From the NCBI GenBank assembly GCA_045600105.1, contig JAZRXG010000005.1:25939-89938 (forward strand): DNA of 64,000 bases. The letters run 5' to 3'. Below, piece after piece: positions 1 through 9,196 of the stretch. Both the position numbers and the translations under genes were made by a program. The DNA is from Eubacteriales bacterium (lineage in GTDB: Bacteria; Bacillota; Clostridia; Oscillospirales; CAG-382). A model generated the notes under the pieces. The model searched no databases, was not told the origin of the DNA, and was given only the letters and a program-made list of their open reading frames with translations. The first letter of the stretch is position 1; every line of letters begins with the position of its first letter.

Positions 1-538
1 GCAGAAAAGCGCCCGAAAAGCGTTCCGTTACGGTGAGGAACAGTATGAGGGACGACGACGAGGCGACGCCCGACGACACGCTGCCGCCGAGAGTGTAAAG
101 CGAGGCGGTCACGGGGATGAGCGACGACATATAAAGGCAGAGCCTTGTGACCGAGTCCGAGGCGTAGGCGAATACCTTGGTAAGAGACGAAAAAAGGCAG
201 GCGGCGACAGTCAGCACCGACACGTATTCGTAAAGGTTCGAAAGGACCTTGCTTTCGCTTGTCCACCTGAACGCCGAAAAGACCGAAAGCAGCACCGTGA
301 GCGACGTTATGAGGCAGTAGTATCCGAGTCCGTCGGATATGAACGCTTTGACCGAGTTCTTCAGCAGCGAAAACACCGCGCCCGGCAGGTTTTCCGCCTC
401 GTCCCTCGCGGAGGATATGAGTTTGTCCGCTCCCGTTTCGGCTTCGATCTGCTCCTCGAGCGATTCGTCGGACGAATAAGCCGCAAACAAAAAGAGCGGA
501 AAAAGCAGGAATATCGCTATGAACGCCGTTATTTTCAA
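1..538 (-). CDS. spoIIIAE: Stage III sporulation protein AE, N-terminal part (gene runs off the window start)
   Basis: Not in the ORF track because it is open at position 1. Hand translation of the minus strand from TTG 538-536 gives MKITAFIAIFLLFPLFLFAAYSSDESLEEQIEAETGADKL..., then hydrophobic multi-TM sequence with no stop down to position 1. The TTG overlaps the spoIIIAD stop (TTGA). Operon position is after spoIIIAD. Confidence 0.7.
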   Translation of the reverse strand, partial: MKITAFIAIFLLFPLFLFAAYSSDESLEEQIEAETGADKLISSARDEAENLPGAVFSLLKNSVKAFISDGLGYYCLITSLTVLLSVFSAFRWTSESKVLSNLYEYVSVLTVAACLFSSLTKVFAYASDSVTRLCLYMSSLIPVTASLYTLGGSVSSGVASSSSLILFLTVTERFSGAFL

Positions 539-915
539 AGCAGCCCCTTTGCAAAATCGATCAGCCTGCCGACGAGCGGCAGCGATATGAGTATTATTGC
601 CGTCTTCCCCGCGAGCTCTATCCGTCCGCCGACGGCGCTTTCGCCGAGGTCACGGCATATCTCGGACGCGAACTGACAGACGAGCGATATCCCGAGAGCT
701 TTCAGCGACAGGGCAAAATAGCTTTCCGCTCCGCTTTCACGCACGAGAGAGCGCAGATAATCGAAGGCGGGAACGGTATTCGCGGCGATATATCCGAGCA
801 TCACCACCGCGGACGACGCCGCGATGAGCGGTGAAAAGCGGTCGTTGGTCTGACGCATCACCACCGCGATGACCGCGGCGCATATACCGAAGCCGCAGAC
901 GGCAAAGACGTTCAC
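535..915 (-). CDS. spoIIIAD: Stage III sporulation protein AD
   Basis: C-terminal 126 codons of the 195-aa track ORF 535..1122. GTG at 915-913 overlaps the spoIIIAC stop (GTGA). Small polytopic membrane protein in the expected operon position. Confidence 0.7.
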   Translation of the reverse strand: MNVFAVCGFGICAAVIAVVMRQTNDRFSPLIAASSAVVMLGYIAANTVPAFDYLRSLVRESGAESYFALSLKALGISLVCQFASEICRDLGESAVGGRIELAGKTAIILISLPLVGRLIDFAKGLL

Positions 916-1106
916 AGCCCGAAAATGCCTCGTATCGACGAAAAGAGCTTGCCTATCTCCGACACGAGCAGCAGCATCACGATGACTATCCCCGCCACCG
1001 CCACGAAAGTCGCCTGCTCGTCGCGCCCCGTTTTCTGGAGTATCTGGCTTGCAAGAGCGACGGTCAGCCCCACACCGGCTATTTTCAATACCAACGATAT
1101 ATTCAT
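912..1106 (-). CDS. spoIIIAC: Stage III sporulation protein AC
   Basis: 64-aa two-TM protein MNISLVLKIAGVGLTVALASQILQKTGRDEQ..., the typical SpoIIIAC size and sequence, lying between spoIIIAB and spoIIIAD. Confidence 0.8.
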   Translation of the reverse strand: MNISLVLKIAGVGLTVALASQILQKTGRDEQATFVAVAGIVIVMLLLVSEIGKLFSSIRGIFGL

Positions 1107-1118
1107 GCTTTTTCCCCA

Positions 1119-1601
1119 TCAATACAGAATGATCGCCGCGGCAAGCGACGCGAGAGCGCCGAGGGCGCGGAACGATCTGACTTTTCCGGCAAGGCTTTTT
1201 TCCTCCTCGTTCTTTTTTCGCTCAAGGGACGACACGCAGAGCTCTATCCGTTCCGTCTGAGTCACGAGATCGGTCGTGCCGAGCCCGTCGCCGAGCGACA
1301 TAAGAGCCGACGTCACGTCCTCATCCGCGTCAAGCGTAAGAACGGCGTTTTTCCACGACTCCGAAATAAAAGTCCCCGACGAAAGACAGCCGAGAAAGCC
1401 GCATTTTTCAAGAACATCGTCGTGAAAAGACGCGAATATCCTGCGAAGCTCAGTCCGCGTGCAGCGTATTCCGTCGTTCATCGTCCGAAGCAGCGACAGC
1501 ACGCCGCAAAGCCTGTTGTATTTTTCGGTCTGCTTTTTTGCCGCTTCTCCTCCCGCCGCCCAGCCGACCGCGACGAGCAGAAAGCACGCCAAAAGCTTCA
1601 A
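1119..1601 (-). CDS. spoIIIAB: Stage III sporulation protein AB
   Basis: 160-aa protein with an N-terminal TM. Its start (TTG 1601-1599) overlaps the spoIIIAA stop (TTGA). Operon order AA-AB-AC. Confidence 0.65.
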   Translation of the reverse strand: MKLLACFLLVAVGWAAGGEAAKKQTEKYNRLCGVLSLLRTMNDGIRCTRTELRRIFASFHDDVLEKCGFLGCLSSGTFISESWKNAVLTLDADEDVTSALMSLGDGLGTTDLVTQTERIELCVSSLERKKNEEEKSLAGKVRSFRALGALASLAAAIILY

Positions 1602-2482
1602 GGTCTTATCACCTCGCTGCCGTAAACCCCGTTATGATAAACTCTGACGAACAATTCAAACACTCCTTTTGTGACGAGCGCGTTTACGTGCGGCCTTTTC
1701 ATTATCCCGTCGACGCTGCTTCCGTGGCACGACGCGACGAGCGTGACGCCGCTGTTCTGCGACGCGATGAGTCCTTCGGTCTCGTCGTCGCTTATTTCGT
1801 CGCAGACGATGACCTCGGGCGACATGGTGCGCGTCAGCAGGTCTATCGCCTGCTTTTTCGGACATTCGCGGACGACGTCGACGAGGCAGTCCTTCATTTC
1901 GGGCACGAAAAGCTCGCTCCTTTCGTCGGCGATCCCGACGCGGAGCGGCTTGTTTCCCGACGACAGAAGATAGGCGCACGACCGAAGATAGGTCGTCTTC
2001 CCCATTCCCGGAGGCGAAAAAACGAGCACTCCGCGAAGCCCCTCGTCACGCAGGAAGCGGCAGAGCTCCGACGCGATATCGGGGAAAAATCTGCTCACCC
2101 TGAGGCAGACCGACGTCACTTCCGAAAAAGTTTTTATCCCTTTTCCGTCAAAGACGGCGTTTCCGCAGACGCCCGCGCGGTATCCGTCCGGAAGCGGTAT
2201 GTAGCCGCGTCTTATCGTTTCCTCGTAGGCGTAGAACGATGAGGCGGTAAGGCGCGAAAGGCACTCCGCCATTTCGTTTTTGTCCGTCCTCACCCCGTTT
2301 GCGGCGCGGCACGGTCTGCCGTTTTCGTCAATGAAGACGTTGCTGCCGCCGCAGCTGAGCGACACGGGAAGACCGGTGCGCAGCCGTATTTCCGTTACCC
2401 TTTCCATCAGTTCAGGCGGGCAGGAAAGCAGCACGAGATTAAGACGGTACGGCAGATATTTATACAGTTTTTCGATTTTCAT
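1598..2482 (-). CDS. spoIIIAA: Stage III sporulation protein AA (secretion-type ATPase)
   Basis: 294 aa with Walker A SPPGMGKTTYLR and Walker B-like VIVCDEI. First gene of a spoIIIA-ordered operon. Confidence 0.85.
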   Translation of the reverse strand: MKIEKLYKYLPYRLNLVLLSCPPELMERVTEIRLRTGLPVSLSCGGSNVFIDENGRPCRAANGVRTDKNEMAECLSRLTASSFYAYEETIRRGYIPLPDGYRAGVCGNAVFDGKGIKTFSEVTSVCLRVSRFFPDIASELCRFLRDEGLRGVLVFSPPGMGKTTYLRSCAYLLSSGNKPLRVGIADERSELFVPEMKDCLVDVVRECPKKQAIDLLTRTMSPEVIVCDEISDDETEGLIASQNSGVTLVASCHGSSVDGIMKRPHVNALVTKGVFELFVRVYHNGVYGSEVIRP

Positions 2483-4022
2483 ATTTCAAAAAGACGAGGC
2501 ACAGCAGCGTATACGGCACGAGCAGCGTCACGGCGCAAGCCGCAAGCTCCGGCACTTTCCCCATCTCCGGCAGAAGCGAAGATACCTTTGACGCAAGAAA
2601 GCCCGAAATAAGCGCGAAAAGCGCGGAAAAAGCGAAATGCCCGACGAATCCGTGACGGATCGACGCCTTTTTTACCGTTCTGATATAGCACATGAAGAAC
2701 GAGAACGTGTTCGACACCACGAGCAGCCACAGATACCCGTTAGCCCCCGTGCGGGGAATGAGAAGAAGAATGATGATCATTCTCGTAACGCAGTTGTAAA
2801 CGGTCACCCGCATGGTGTACGCCTGCTCCCCGATGCCCTTGAGCATGCCGTCGCAGATCGTTTCGACGTACATGAACGGAGTGACGAGGGAAAGTATGCG
2901 TATCCCCGACGCCGCGTCGGTATTTCCGTAAAAGCACAGGCTGATCTTTTCGGGGAAAAAGTAAAACAGGCTTCCGGCGGCGACGCTGAACAGTATCGTC
3001 GTTTCAAGCGTTTTGCCTACCCTTGCGTCGCGTTCACGCTTGTCGGAAGACGCGTTCAGCCTCGACACCGTCGGGACGAGCACGCTGAGGGTCGCCGAAA
3101 GAAAGGCGAACGGGAAAAACAGCACGGGGATGACCATGCCGCGTATGAGCCCGAAATCCGAAAGCGACTTTCCGTATTCACCGCCGTAAAGCGTGAAGCA
3201 GTACGGGATAAGCACGTTTTCGACGGCGTGGAGGGCGCTGTTGAGCCAGCCGCCCGCCGCAACGGGGATAGCCACGCGTGCGACCCTGCCGATGCCGTAA
3301 TCGCGCTTTTCGCCTTTTTTGAAACGGTATCTTTTTGAAAACGCGAAGAAAAGAGCGACGTAGCAGCACGAGAATATCTCGCCCGCGGCAAGTCCCGCCG
3401 TGAGTCCGGCGCAGAGCCTTCCCGTGTCGGTCGTGCCGCCGAGGAACAGAGTGAACACGCCGACCGTGAGCCCTATTTTGCACAGGTCCTCAAAAAGCTG
3501 CGCAGACGACGGTATGACGTAACGTCCCTTTGCCATAAAATAGCCCTTGAAGCAGGACGAAAGCGCCATGAACGGCATTGAGAGCGAAAGGAGCCGCAGC
3601 GGCAGCAGCGTTCTGGCGTCGCCGAGGATAAGGCGAGAGAGAGGCGACGACAGAAAAAGCAGCATGGCGAGCGACGACGTGCCCATGAAAAGCGCGAGCC
3701 TGAACGACGAAGAAAGCGCCGAAAGCGCCGTTTTTCCGTCGTCGTTCTTTTCAAATTCCTCCGCGAGGACGCGTGACACGCTGAGCGTGAGCCCCGAATT
3801 TGCGAAAGAAGCAAAAAGCGAATAGACCGAGAGCACGAGCTGATACAGCCCCATTCCCTCGCTGCCCATGCGCGAAACGAGATAAAGGCGGAAAAGCATC
3901 CCGCTTCCCCGGCAAAGAAAAGAGAAAAGGCATATCACCGCGGACGACACAAGTATCTTTTTCCCGAAGTTCAATACGCCGCCTCCCGTTTTTTGCTGCT
4001 GCCTTACATTTTTATGTGCCAA
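2460..4022 (-). CDS. MOP-superfamily flippase (SpoVB/MurJ/polysaccharide biosynthesis protein family)
   Basis: 520-aa polytopic membrane protein with many TM segments and the general SpoVB/MurJ-like layout. Its 3' end overlaps the spoIIIAA start by 23 nt. Confidence 0.7.
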   Translation of the reverse strand: MAHKNVRQQQKTGGGVLNFGKKILVSSAVICLFSFLCRGSGMLFRLYLVSRMGSEGMGLYQLVLSVYSLFASFANSGLTLSVSRVLAEEFEKNDDGKTALSALSSSFRLALFMGTSSLAMLLFLSSPLSRLILGDARTLLPLRLLSLSMPFMALSSCFKGYFMAKGRYVIPSSAQLFEDLCKIGLTVGVFTLFLGGTTDTGRLCAGLTAGLAAGEIFSCCYVALFFAFSKRYRFKKGEKRDYGIGRVARVAIPVAAGGWLNSALHAVENVLIPYCFTLYGGEYGKSLSDFGLIRGMVIPVLFFPFAFLSATLSVLVPTVSRLNASSDKRERDARVGKTLETTILFSVAAGSLFYFFPEKISLCFYGNTDAASGIRILSLVTPFMYVETICDGMLKGIGEQAYTMRVTVYNCVTRMIIILLLIPRTGANGYLWLLVVSNTFSFFMCYIRTVKKASIRHGFVGHFAFSALFALISGFLASKVSSLLPEMGKVPELAACAVTLLVPYTLLCLVFLKYENRKTV

Positions 4023-4037
4023 TTCATAAAAAAAGAC

Positions 4038-4066
4038 TTGTTATTTTTTGTCGACGGTGATATACT
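4038..4066 (+). promoter_or_regulatory. Putative sigma-A promoter for tsaE-tsaB-rpiB
   Basis: TTGTTA (4038-4043), 17-nt spacer, TGATATACT extended -10 (TATACT 4061-4066), about 50 nt upstream of the tsaE ATG. Confidence 0.35.
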
Positions 4067-4117
4067 TAAACAGATGATGAAGTCATCATAATATTTATAT
4101 ACGGCGGATCAATCGAT

Positions 4118-4549
4118 ATGATAAAAAACTACGTTTCCGAATCCCCGGAGGATACCAAAAAAATAGCGTTCGACCTTGCGGACACCGCGCTTGAAAGAAA
4201 GTGCATCTGTCTGACGGGCACCCTCGGTGCCGGAAAGACGATGTTCACGTCGGGACTCGTCGACGCCCTCTGCCCCGAGTGCGCCTCCCTCGTACATTCG
4301 CCCACGTTCGCGATAGTCAACGAATATATCGGAAAAGCTCACAGCGTTTTCCACTTTGACCTCTACCGCATCAAGGACCCCGAGGACCTTTACTCGACGG
4401 GCTTTTACGATTACGAGGACAGAAACGGCGTCATCGTCGCCGAATGGAGCGATCTGTTCCGCGACTGCTTCCCCGACGACGCCATCCACGTGAATATCGT
4501 GCCCGACGGAGAAAGCAAAAGAATAATCACGATAGAATATAAGGACTGA
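4118..4549 (+). CDS. tsaE: tRNA t6A37 biosynthesis ATPase TsaE
   Basis: 143 aa, P-loop GTLGAGKTMFTSGL, followed by tsaB. Confidence 0.85.
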   Translation: MIKNYVSESPEDTKKIAFDLADTALERKCICLTGTLGAGKTMFTSGLVDALCPECASLVHSPTFAIVNEYIGKAHSVFHFDLYRIKDPEDLYSTGFYDYEDRNGVIVAEWSDLFRDCFPDDAIHVNIVPDGESKRIITIEYKD

Positions 4550-4554
4550 AAGTT

Positions 4555-5247
4555 ATGATAATACTCGGTATCGACACCACCGCCGTCACGGCGACGGCTG
4601 CAGTCTGCGAAGCCGAAGACGGCGTCATCACGAACCATTCGCTGTCTCTGCTCAAAAACGGACTCACACACTCCGAAAATCTGCTCCCCATAATAGATTC
4701 CGCGCTGAAGTCGATGGGCAAGACCCCCGACGACATTGACCTCGTGTCCGTCTCGGTCGGTCCCGGCTCGTTCACCGGCGTCAGGATAGGCGTCGCCACG
4801 GCAAAAGGCATCGCGTTTGCCGGAAACAAAAAGGTCTGCGGCGTTTCGACGCTCGAAGCCCTTGCCGAAAACTGCGCTTCCTTCGGCGGCATCGTCTGCC
4901 CCGTCATGGACGCGAGACGCCATCAGTTCTACAACGCGCTTTTCGAGAACGGAAAAAGACTCTGCGAGGACAGATGCGTTTCGTTTGAGGAGATATACGC
5001 CGACGCGATGAGTTACGGCAAGCCCGTGATGCTCTGCGGCGACGGCGCGAGACTCTTTTATTCGCTTTGCGAAAACAAGGAAGGTATCGTGATGCCTCCG
5101 CTCTGCGCCGAAGACCAGAACGGTCTTTCGGTCTGCGTGACCGCATACAAAAAATACCTTGCCGGAGAATACACGACACACGCCGAGCTGCGTCCGGTAT
5201 ATCTGAGACCGTCTCAGGCTGAAAGAGAAAGGAATGCAAAATCATGA
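4555..5247 (+). CDS. tsaB: tRNA t6A37 biosynthesis protein TsaB (YeaZ family)
   Basis: 230 aa, N-terminal MIILGIDTT motif of the ASKHA-fold YeaZ/TsaB family, adjacent to tsaE. Confidence 0.8.
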   Translation: MIILGIDTTAVTATAAVCEAEDGVITNHSLSLLKNGLTHSENLLPIIDSALKSMGKTPDDIDLVSVSVGPGSFTGVRIGVATAKGIAFAGNKKVCGVSTLEALAENCASFGGIVCPVMDARRHQFYNALFENGKRLCEDRCVSFEEIYADAMSYGKPVMLCGDGARLFYSLCENKEGIVMPPLCAEDQNGLSVCVTAYKKYLAGEYTTHAELRPVYLRPSQAERERNAKS

Positions 5248-5672
5248 AAATTTCAATTGGCTGCGATCACGGCGGGCTTGAACTCAAAAACGCCATTGCC
5301 GAACACCTCAGAAGCGAAGGTCACGAGGTGACCGATAACGGCACCTATACCAAGGACAGCTGTGACTACCCCGTTTTTGCCAAAAAGACCGCAAAAGCGG
5401 TTTCTTCCGGCGACGCCGACTTCGGCGTGCTCGTCTGCACCACCGGCATCGGTATGTCGATATGCGCCAACAAGGTGCGCGGCGCGCGTGCCGCCCTCAT
5501 CCACGAGACGAGAGGCGCCGAAATGTGCAGACGCCACAACAACGCCAACGTAATATGCTTCGGACAAGCCGTCACCGACGTTGACACCGCCTGCAAATGC
5601 GTTGATATATTCCTTTCCACCCCTTTCGAAGGCGGCAGACACGAACGCCGCGTTTCAATGTTCGAGGACTGA
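5244..5672 (+). CDS. rpiB: Ribose-5-phosphate isomerase B
   Basis: 142 aa, MKISIGCDHGGLELKN... and CTTGIGMSICANK motifs typical of RpiB/LacAB. Confidence 0.85.
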   Translation: MKISIGCDHGGLELKNAIAEHLRSEGHEVTDNGTYTKDSCDYPVFAKKTAKAVSSGDADFGVLVCTTGIGMSICANKVRGARAALIHETRGAEMCRRHNNANVICFGQAVTDVDTACKCVDIFLSTPFEGGRHERRVSMFED

Positions 5673-5681
5673 AAAGCACCG

Positions 5682-6905
5682 ATGAGATACGTTATTGTTA
5701 TAGGCGACGGAATGGCGGACTATCCCATACCGTCACTCGGGGGCAAAACGCCGATCGAAAAAGCGTCGACTCCCAATTTTGACTTTATCGCGCGCCGCGG
5801 CGTCATCGGAACGATGCAGACCGTCCCCGACGGAATGGTGCCCGAAAGCGACACCGCCAATCTCGCGATAATGGGCTACGACCCGAAGCGCTATTCGCGC
5901 GGACGCTCTCCGCTCGAGGCGGCAAGCATGGGTATCGAAATGCGGCCCGACCAGACCGCGATACGCGCCAACCTCGTTGCCCTTTCGGACGACGGAAAGC
6001 CGTACGACGAAAAAATCATGCTCGACCACTCCTCCTCCGAGATACCCACCGAGGAAGCGCGGGTGTTCATCGAATACTGCGACGAAAAGCTGTGCGGCAA
6101 GGGGCAGAAGCTCTACACCGGCGTCAGCTACCGCAACTGCCTCATCTACGACGACGCGCCCGAATTCACCGACTTCTCGCGTCCTCACGATATACTCGGC
6201 AGACAGATAACCGACTACCTTCCCCGCTCGGAAAGCAGCAAGCCCTTCCTCGACCTGATGAGAGCGTCGTTCGACATCCTCAACGACCATCCGCTCAATG
6301 TCGAAAGAGCGAAAAAAGGGCTGAAAAAGGCAAATTCCCTTTGGTTCTGGTCGCCCGGCAAAAAGCCCGACCTGCCTTCGTTCAAAGAAAAGACCGGTCT
6401 TGACGGCTCGGTCATCTGCGCCGTCGACCTCATAAAGGGCATCGGCAAATGCGCGGGACTCGACACGCCTTACGTCGAGGGCGCCACCGGCGGATGCGTC
6501 ACCGACTACACCGCCAAGGTCAACGCGGCGCTCGGCGAGCTTGAAAAAGGCAAGGAATTCGTCTATATCCACGTCGAAGCGCCCGACGAATGCGGTCACA
6601 AGGGCGACGTCGACGCCAAGATCGCGGCGATAGAGAACATCGACGAAAAGATCGTCGGCGTACTGCTCGAAAAGCTCCCGTCCTTCGGCGAGCCGTTCCG
6701 CATCGCCGTCCTCCCCGACCATCCGACGCCCATTTCGCTCCGCACCCACGCGAGCGACCCGATACCGTTCGCCGTCTATTCGTCCGAAAAAGACGTAGTC
6801 TCCGGCATCGACGGATACTCGGAAGCGAAGGCAAGGGAAAGCGGCATCCATATAAGCGACGGAAGCACCTTCATCGACAGATTCATTGACGGCGTTTTCG
6901 ATTGA
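5682..6905 (+). CDS. Cofactor-independent phosphoglycerate mutase, ApgM-type (metalloenzyme superfamily)
   Basis: 407 aa, N-terminal VIVIGDGMADYP metal-binding motif and C-terminal PDHPTP motif as in archaeal-type iPGM-like proteins. Confidence 0.7.
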   Translation: MRYVIVIGDGMADYPIPSLGGKTPIEKASTPNFDFIARRGVIGTMQTVPDGMVPESDTANLAIMGYDPKRYSRGRSPLEAASMGIEMRPDQTAIRANLVALSDDGKPYDEKIMLDHSSSEIPTEEARVFIEYCDEKLCGKGQKLYTGVSYRNCLIYDDAPEFTDFSRPHDILGRQITDYLPRSESSKPFLDLMRASFDILNDHPLNVERAKKGLKKANSLWFWSPGKKPDLPSFKEKTGLDGSVICAVDLIKGIGKCAGLDTPYVEGATGGCVTDYTAKVNAALGELEKGKEFVYIHVEAPDECGHKGDVDAKIAAIENIDEKIVGVLLEKLPSFGEPFRIAVLPDHPTPISLRTHASDPIPFAVYSSEKDVVSGIDGYSEAKARESGIHISDGSTFIDRFIDGVFD

Positions 6906-6992
6906 TCGTCAAAATGATTTGTATAAAATATACAATTTGCGCAGGTGTATTTTTAGCAACTGCACAAATATGATTTTATTGATTTTTTATAA

Positions 6993-7021
6993 TTGATATT
7001 TCGAATCGCGAGTGATATAAT
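6993..7021 (+). promoter_or_regulatory. Putative sigma-A promoter of the solute-binding protein gene
   Basis: TTGATA (6993-6998), 17-nt spacer, TGATATAAT extended -10 (TATAAT 7016-7021). It leaves a ~130-nt GC-rich leader before ATG 7157. Confidence 0.45.
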
Positions 7022-7156
7022 ACAGTTTGTATAGTTATCCAAATGCGGAAAACTCTGCGTGTGACACGTCATACGCGTTCCTCGGCGCGCGGCAGCTCAC
7101 GCCGTGCGCGGTTCCCCCGGGATTTCAAACGTGAGCGGAAAGGCATTGGTTCCACC

Positions 7157-9076
7157 ATGAAAAAGATCGTTGTACTCTTCCTCATCGTATGTCTGTGCAT
7201 ACCCGTTTTCGCGGGCTGCACCACGCTTCAGGGCGATGACGACAAGGGCGCGAACATTCAGATGTTCATCACCTCGTTCCCGCAGTCTCTCGACCCGGCA
7301 ACCCTTCAGCTTGACGCGACCACGTCGCTGATCCTCAGCCTCATCTATCAGCCTCTCACCGCCATCAACGAAGACGGCGAGGTCGTCGGAGCGCTTGCGA
7401 ACAAATGGTACTCCGAATATGATGACTGCGATGAGCTGTATAAAATGTATTTTGAACTGAACGAAACGTATTGGAGCGACAAGATCCTCGTTCAGGCTCA
7501 GCACGTTGCCGACGCCTGGACCCGTATCCTTTCTCCGGATTTCGAGTCTCCCTACGCTTCCATCCTCTTCCCGATCAGAAACGCCAAGGATTACAAAGCC
7601 GGCATCAAGACCGCGTCCGACCTCGGCGTATACGCCATGAGCGAAGACCTCCTCTGCGTTGAATTCGAATGCGAATACGACGCCGACCTCTTTGCCGAAG
7701 CAGTCTCCTGCATAGCGCTTGCCCCCGTTCGTTCCGACATCATCGACAAAGCGATGAAGGATAACCCCGTAGGCAGCAAGAACTACGACAGACTTCAGGA
7801 CTGGGACAAGAACGCCGCCATCATGGTCTGCAACGGTCCGTACAGAGTTCAGGGCTATGAAGAAGGAACCAAGCTCGTTCTCGAAAGAAACGCTTATTAC
7901 TACCGTGACGAAGAAGACGATTACCTTGACGAAAGCGTAATTCCCTACCGTCTCACCTGCATCTATCAGGAAACCACCATCCACAGCGATGAAAACGGCG
8001 ACGGCATCGACAACTACGAATTCGAATACAGAAAATGGAGGAACGACTGGTCTTCTTCCGAAGCCGCGAAAGGCGTCAACTACTTCCTCGGTGCTTTCTC
8101 CGCCGATACCTACGCAAAGGTCAAAGCCGACGGCACCAAGATGAACACCGCAGACCTTCTTTCCACCTATACTTATTTCTTCAACACCAAATCCGAAATA
8201 ACCGCCGACGCCAAAGTCAGAAACGCTCTTTCCGCCGCTCTTGACAGAAACCGCATCGTTGAGATAATGGGCACCGGCATGAAAGCCTCCGCCGGCTTCG
8301 TTCCCGAAGGCGTGTTCGGCAAAAAGGCAGGCTCGAGCTTCAGATCCGAAGGAACCGACATTTACAGCGCTTCCGGCAGCATCGACAGCGCGAAGCAGCT
8401 TCTGAAGGAAGCAGGCGTCACCTCCGGCACCATCAGACTTACTTACCTCATTCCCTGGTCCAAGCAGCTTTATTCTTCCGAGACCCTGCACAACACCAAG
8501 GCGAAAAAGGTAGTCACCTATAACCCCTACGAAGCGATAGCCAACTACGCAAAAGAAACGTGGGAATCCCTCGGATTCACCGTTGAGCTCACCGGCGTCA
8601 CCGCCGACGCTTTCCCCGCAGCGGTCTCCGCGGGCGAATGGGACGTCATCGGTCTCGACTACGCCATGAACTCTGTCGACGCTTTCGCGTTCCTCGCTCC
8701 TTTCGCTACCTGGTACAGCGGAAACATCGTATCCACCGAAGTTGACGCCGCCACCTTCACTCCGCACTACACCGGACTTGAAAGTGCCGAATACGACGCC
8801 CTCATCGATGAGATCGTGTACGACTCCAACAGAGCCACCAGATCCGCCAACCTCCACAAAGCAGAAGAGCTCTTCGCTTCCCTCTGCCCCGCGACCGCTC
8901 TCTTCCAGTACACCAGAAGCTACGTTGCTTCCGGCAAGCTTGACGGGATCAAGAACGAAAGCTGGTACGGCTACTACAACTTCAACGAACTTGAGCTTGA
9001 CGATTACATCAAGGTCAACGCCAAGGAAGGCGAAGAAAGCTTCGCAAGAACCGAAGATACCAACAACGCGAAGTAA
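7157..9076 (+). CDS. ABC transporter substrate-binding lipoprotein, family 5 (peptide/oligosaccharide type)
   Basis: Track ORF 7043..9076 trimmed to ATG 7157, which gives MKKIVVLFLIVCLCIPVFAGC (signal peptide plus lipobox FAGC). Overall SBP_bac_5-like sequence. No permease or ATPase genes are adjacent. Confidence 0.75.
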   Translation: MKKIVVLFLIVCLCIPVFAGCTTLQGDDDKGANIQMFITSFPQSLDPATLQLDATTSLILSLIYQPLTAINEDGEVVGALANKWYSEYDDCDELYKMYFELNETYWSDKILVQAQHVADAWTRILSPDFESPYASILFPIRNAKDYKAGIKTASDLGVYAMSEDLLCVEFECEYDADLFAEAVSCIALAPVRSDIIDKAMKDNPVGSKNYDRLQDWDKNAAIMVCNGPYRVQGYEEGTKLVLERNAYYYRDEEDDYLDESVIPYRLTCIYQETTIHSDENGDGIDNYEFEYRKWRNDWSSSEAAKGVNYFLGAFSADTYAKVKADGTKMNTADLLSTYTYFFNTKSEITADAKVRNALSAALDRNRIVEIMGTGMKASAGFVPEGVFGKKAGSSFRSEGTDIYSASGSIDSAKQLLKEAGVTSGTIRLTYLIPWSKQLYSSETLHNTKAKKVVTYNPYEAIANYAKETWESLGFTVELTGVTADAFPAAVSAGEWDVIGLDYAMNSVDAFAFLAPFATWYSGNIVSTEVDAATFTPHYTGLESAEYDALIDEIVYDSNRATRSANLHKAEELFASLCPATALFQYTRSYVASGKLDGIKNESWYGYYNFNELELDDYIKVNAKEGEESFARTEDTNNAK

Positions 9077-9104
9077 GGAAAGCTTTAAGCATTAAGCGAA
9101 TATG

Positions 9105-9138
9105 AAAGGGATTTCGCAGTTTGCGAAATCCCTTTTTT
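9105..9138 (+). terminator. Rho-independent terminator of the SBP gene
   Basis: 14-bp perfect stem AAAGGGATTTCGCA / TGCGAAATCCCTTT with a 3-nt loop, followed by a T-run. Confidence 0.8.
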
Positions 9139-9196
9139 ATGCCCGACAGATGCCCTTGCGAAGCACCGAGGACGCCTCTCCTGCACAACAAAAAAA

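Noticed and set aside
535-1122. 195-aa ORF spanning spoIIIAD and overlapping spoIIIAC
   Set aside because: The N-terminal 69 codons are an out-of-frame overlap of spoIIIAC with an Arg/Gly-rich nonsense translation. GTG 915, which overlaps the spoIIIAC stop, gives a SpoIIIAD-sized membrane protein.
7043-7156. N-terminal extensions of track ORFs: SBP 7043, relA 23085, oxidoreductase 43393, membrane protein 52294, groEL 10972, hpf 13152
   Set aside because: In each case an internal ATG preceded by a good Shine-Dalgarno sequence yields the canonical N-terminus (signal peptide, [14 protein letters not shown], and so on). The extensions are basic or low-complexity read-through.
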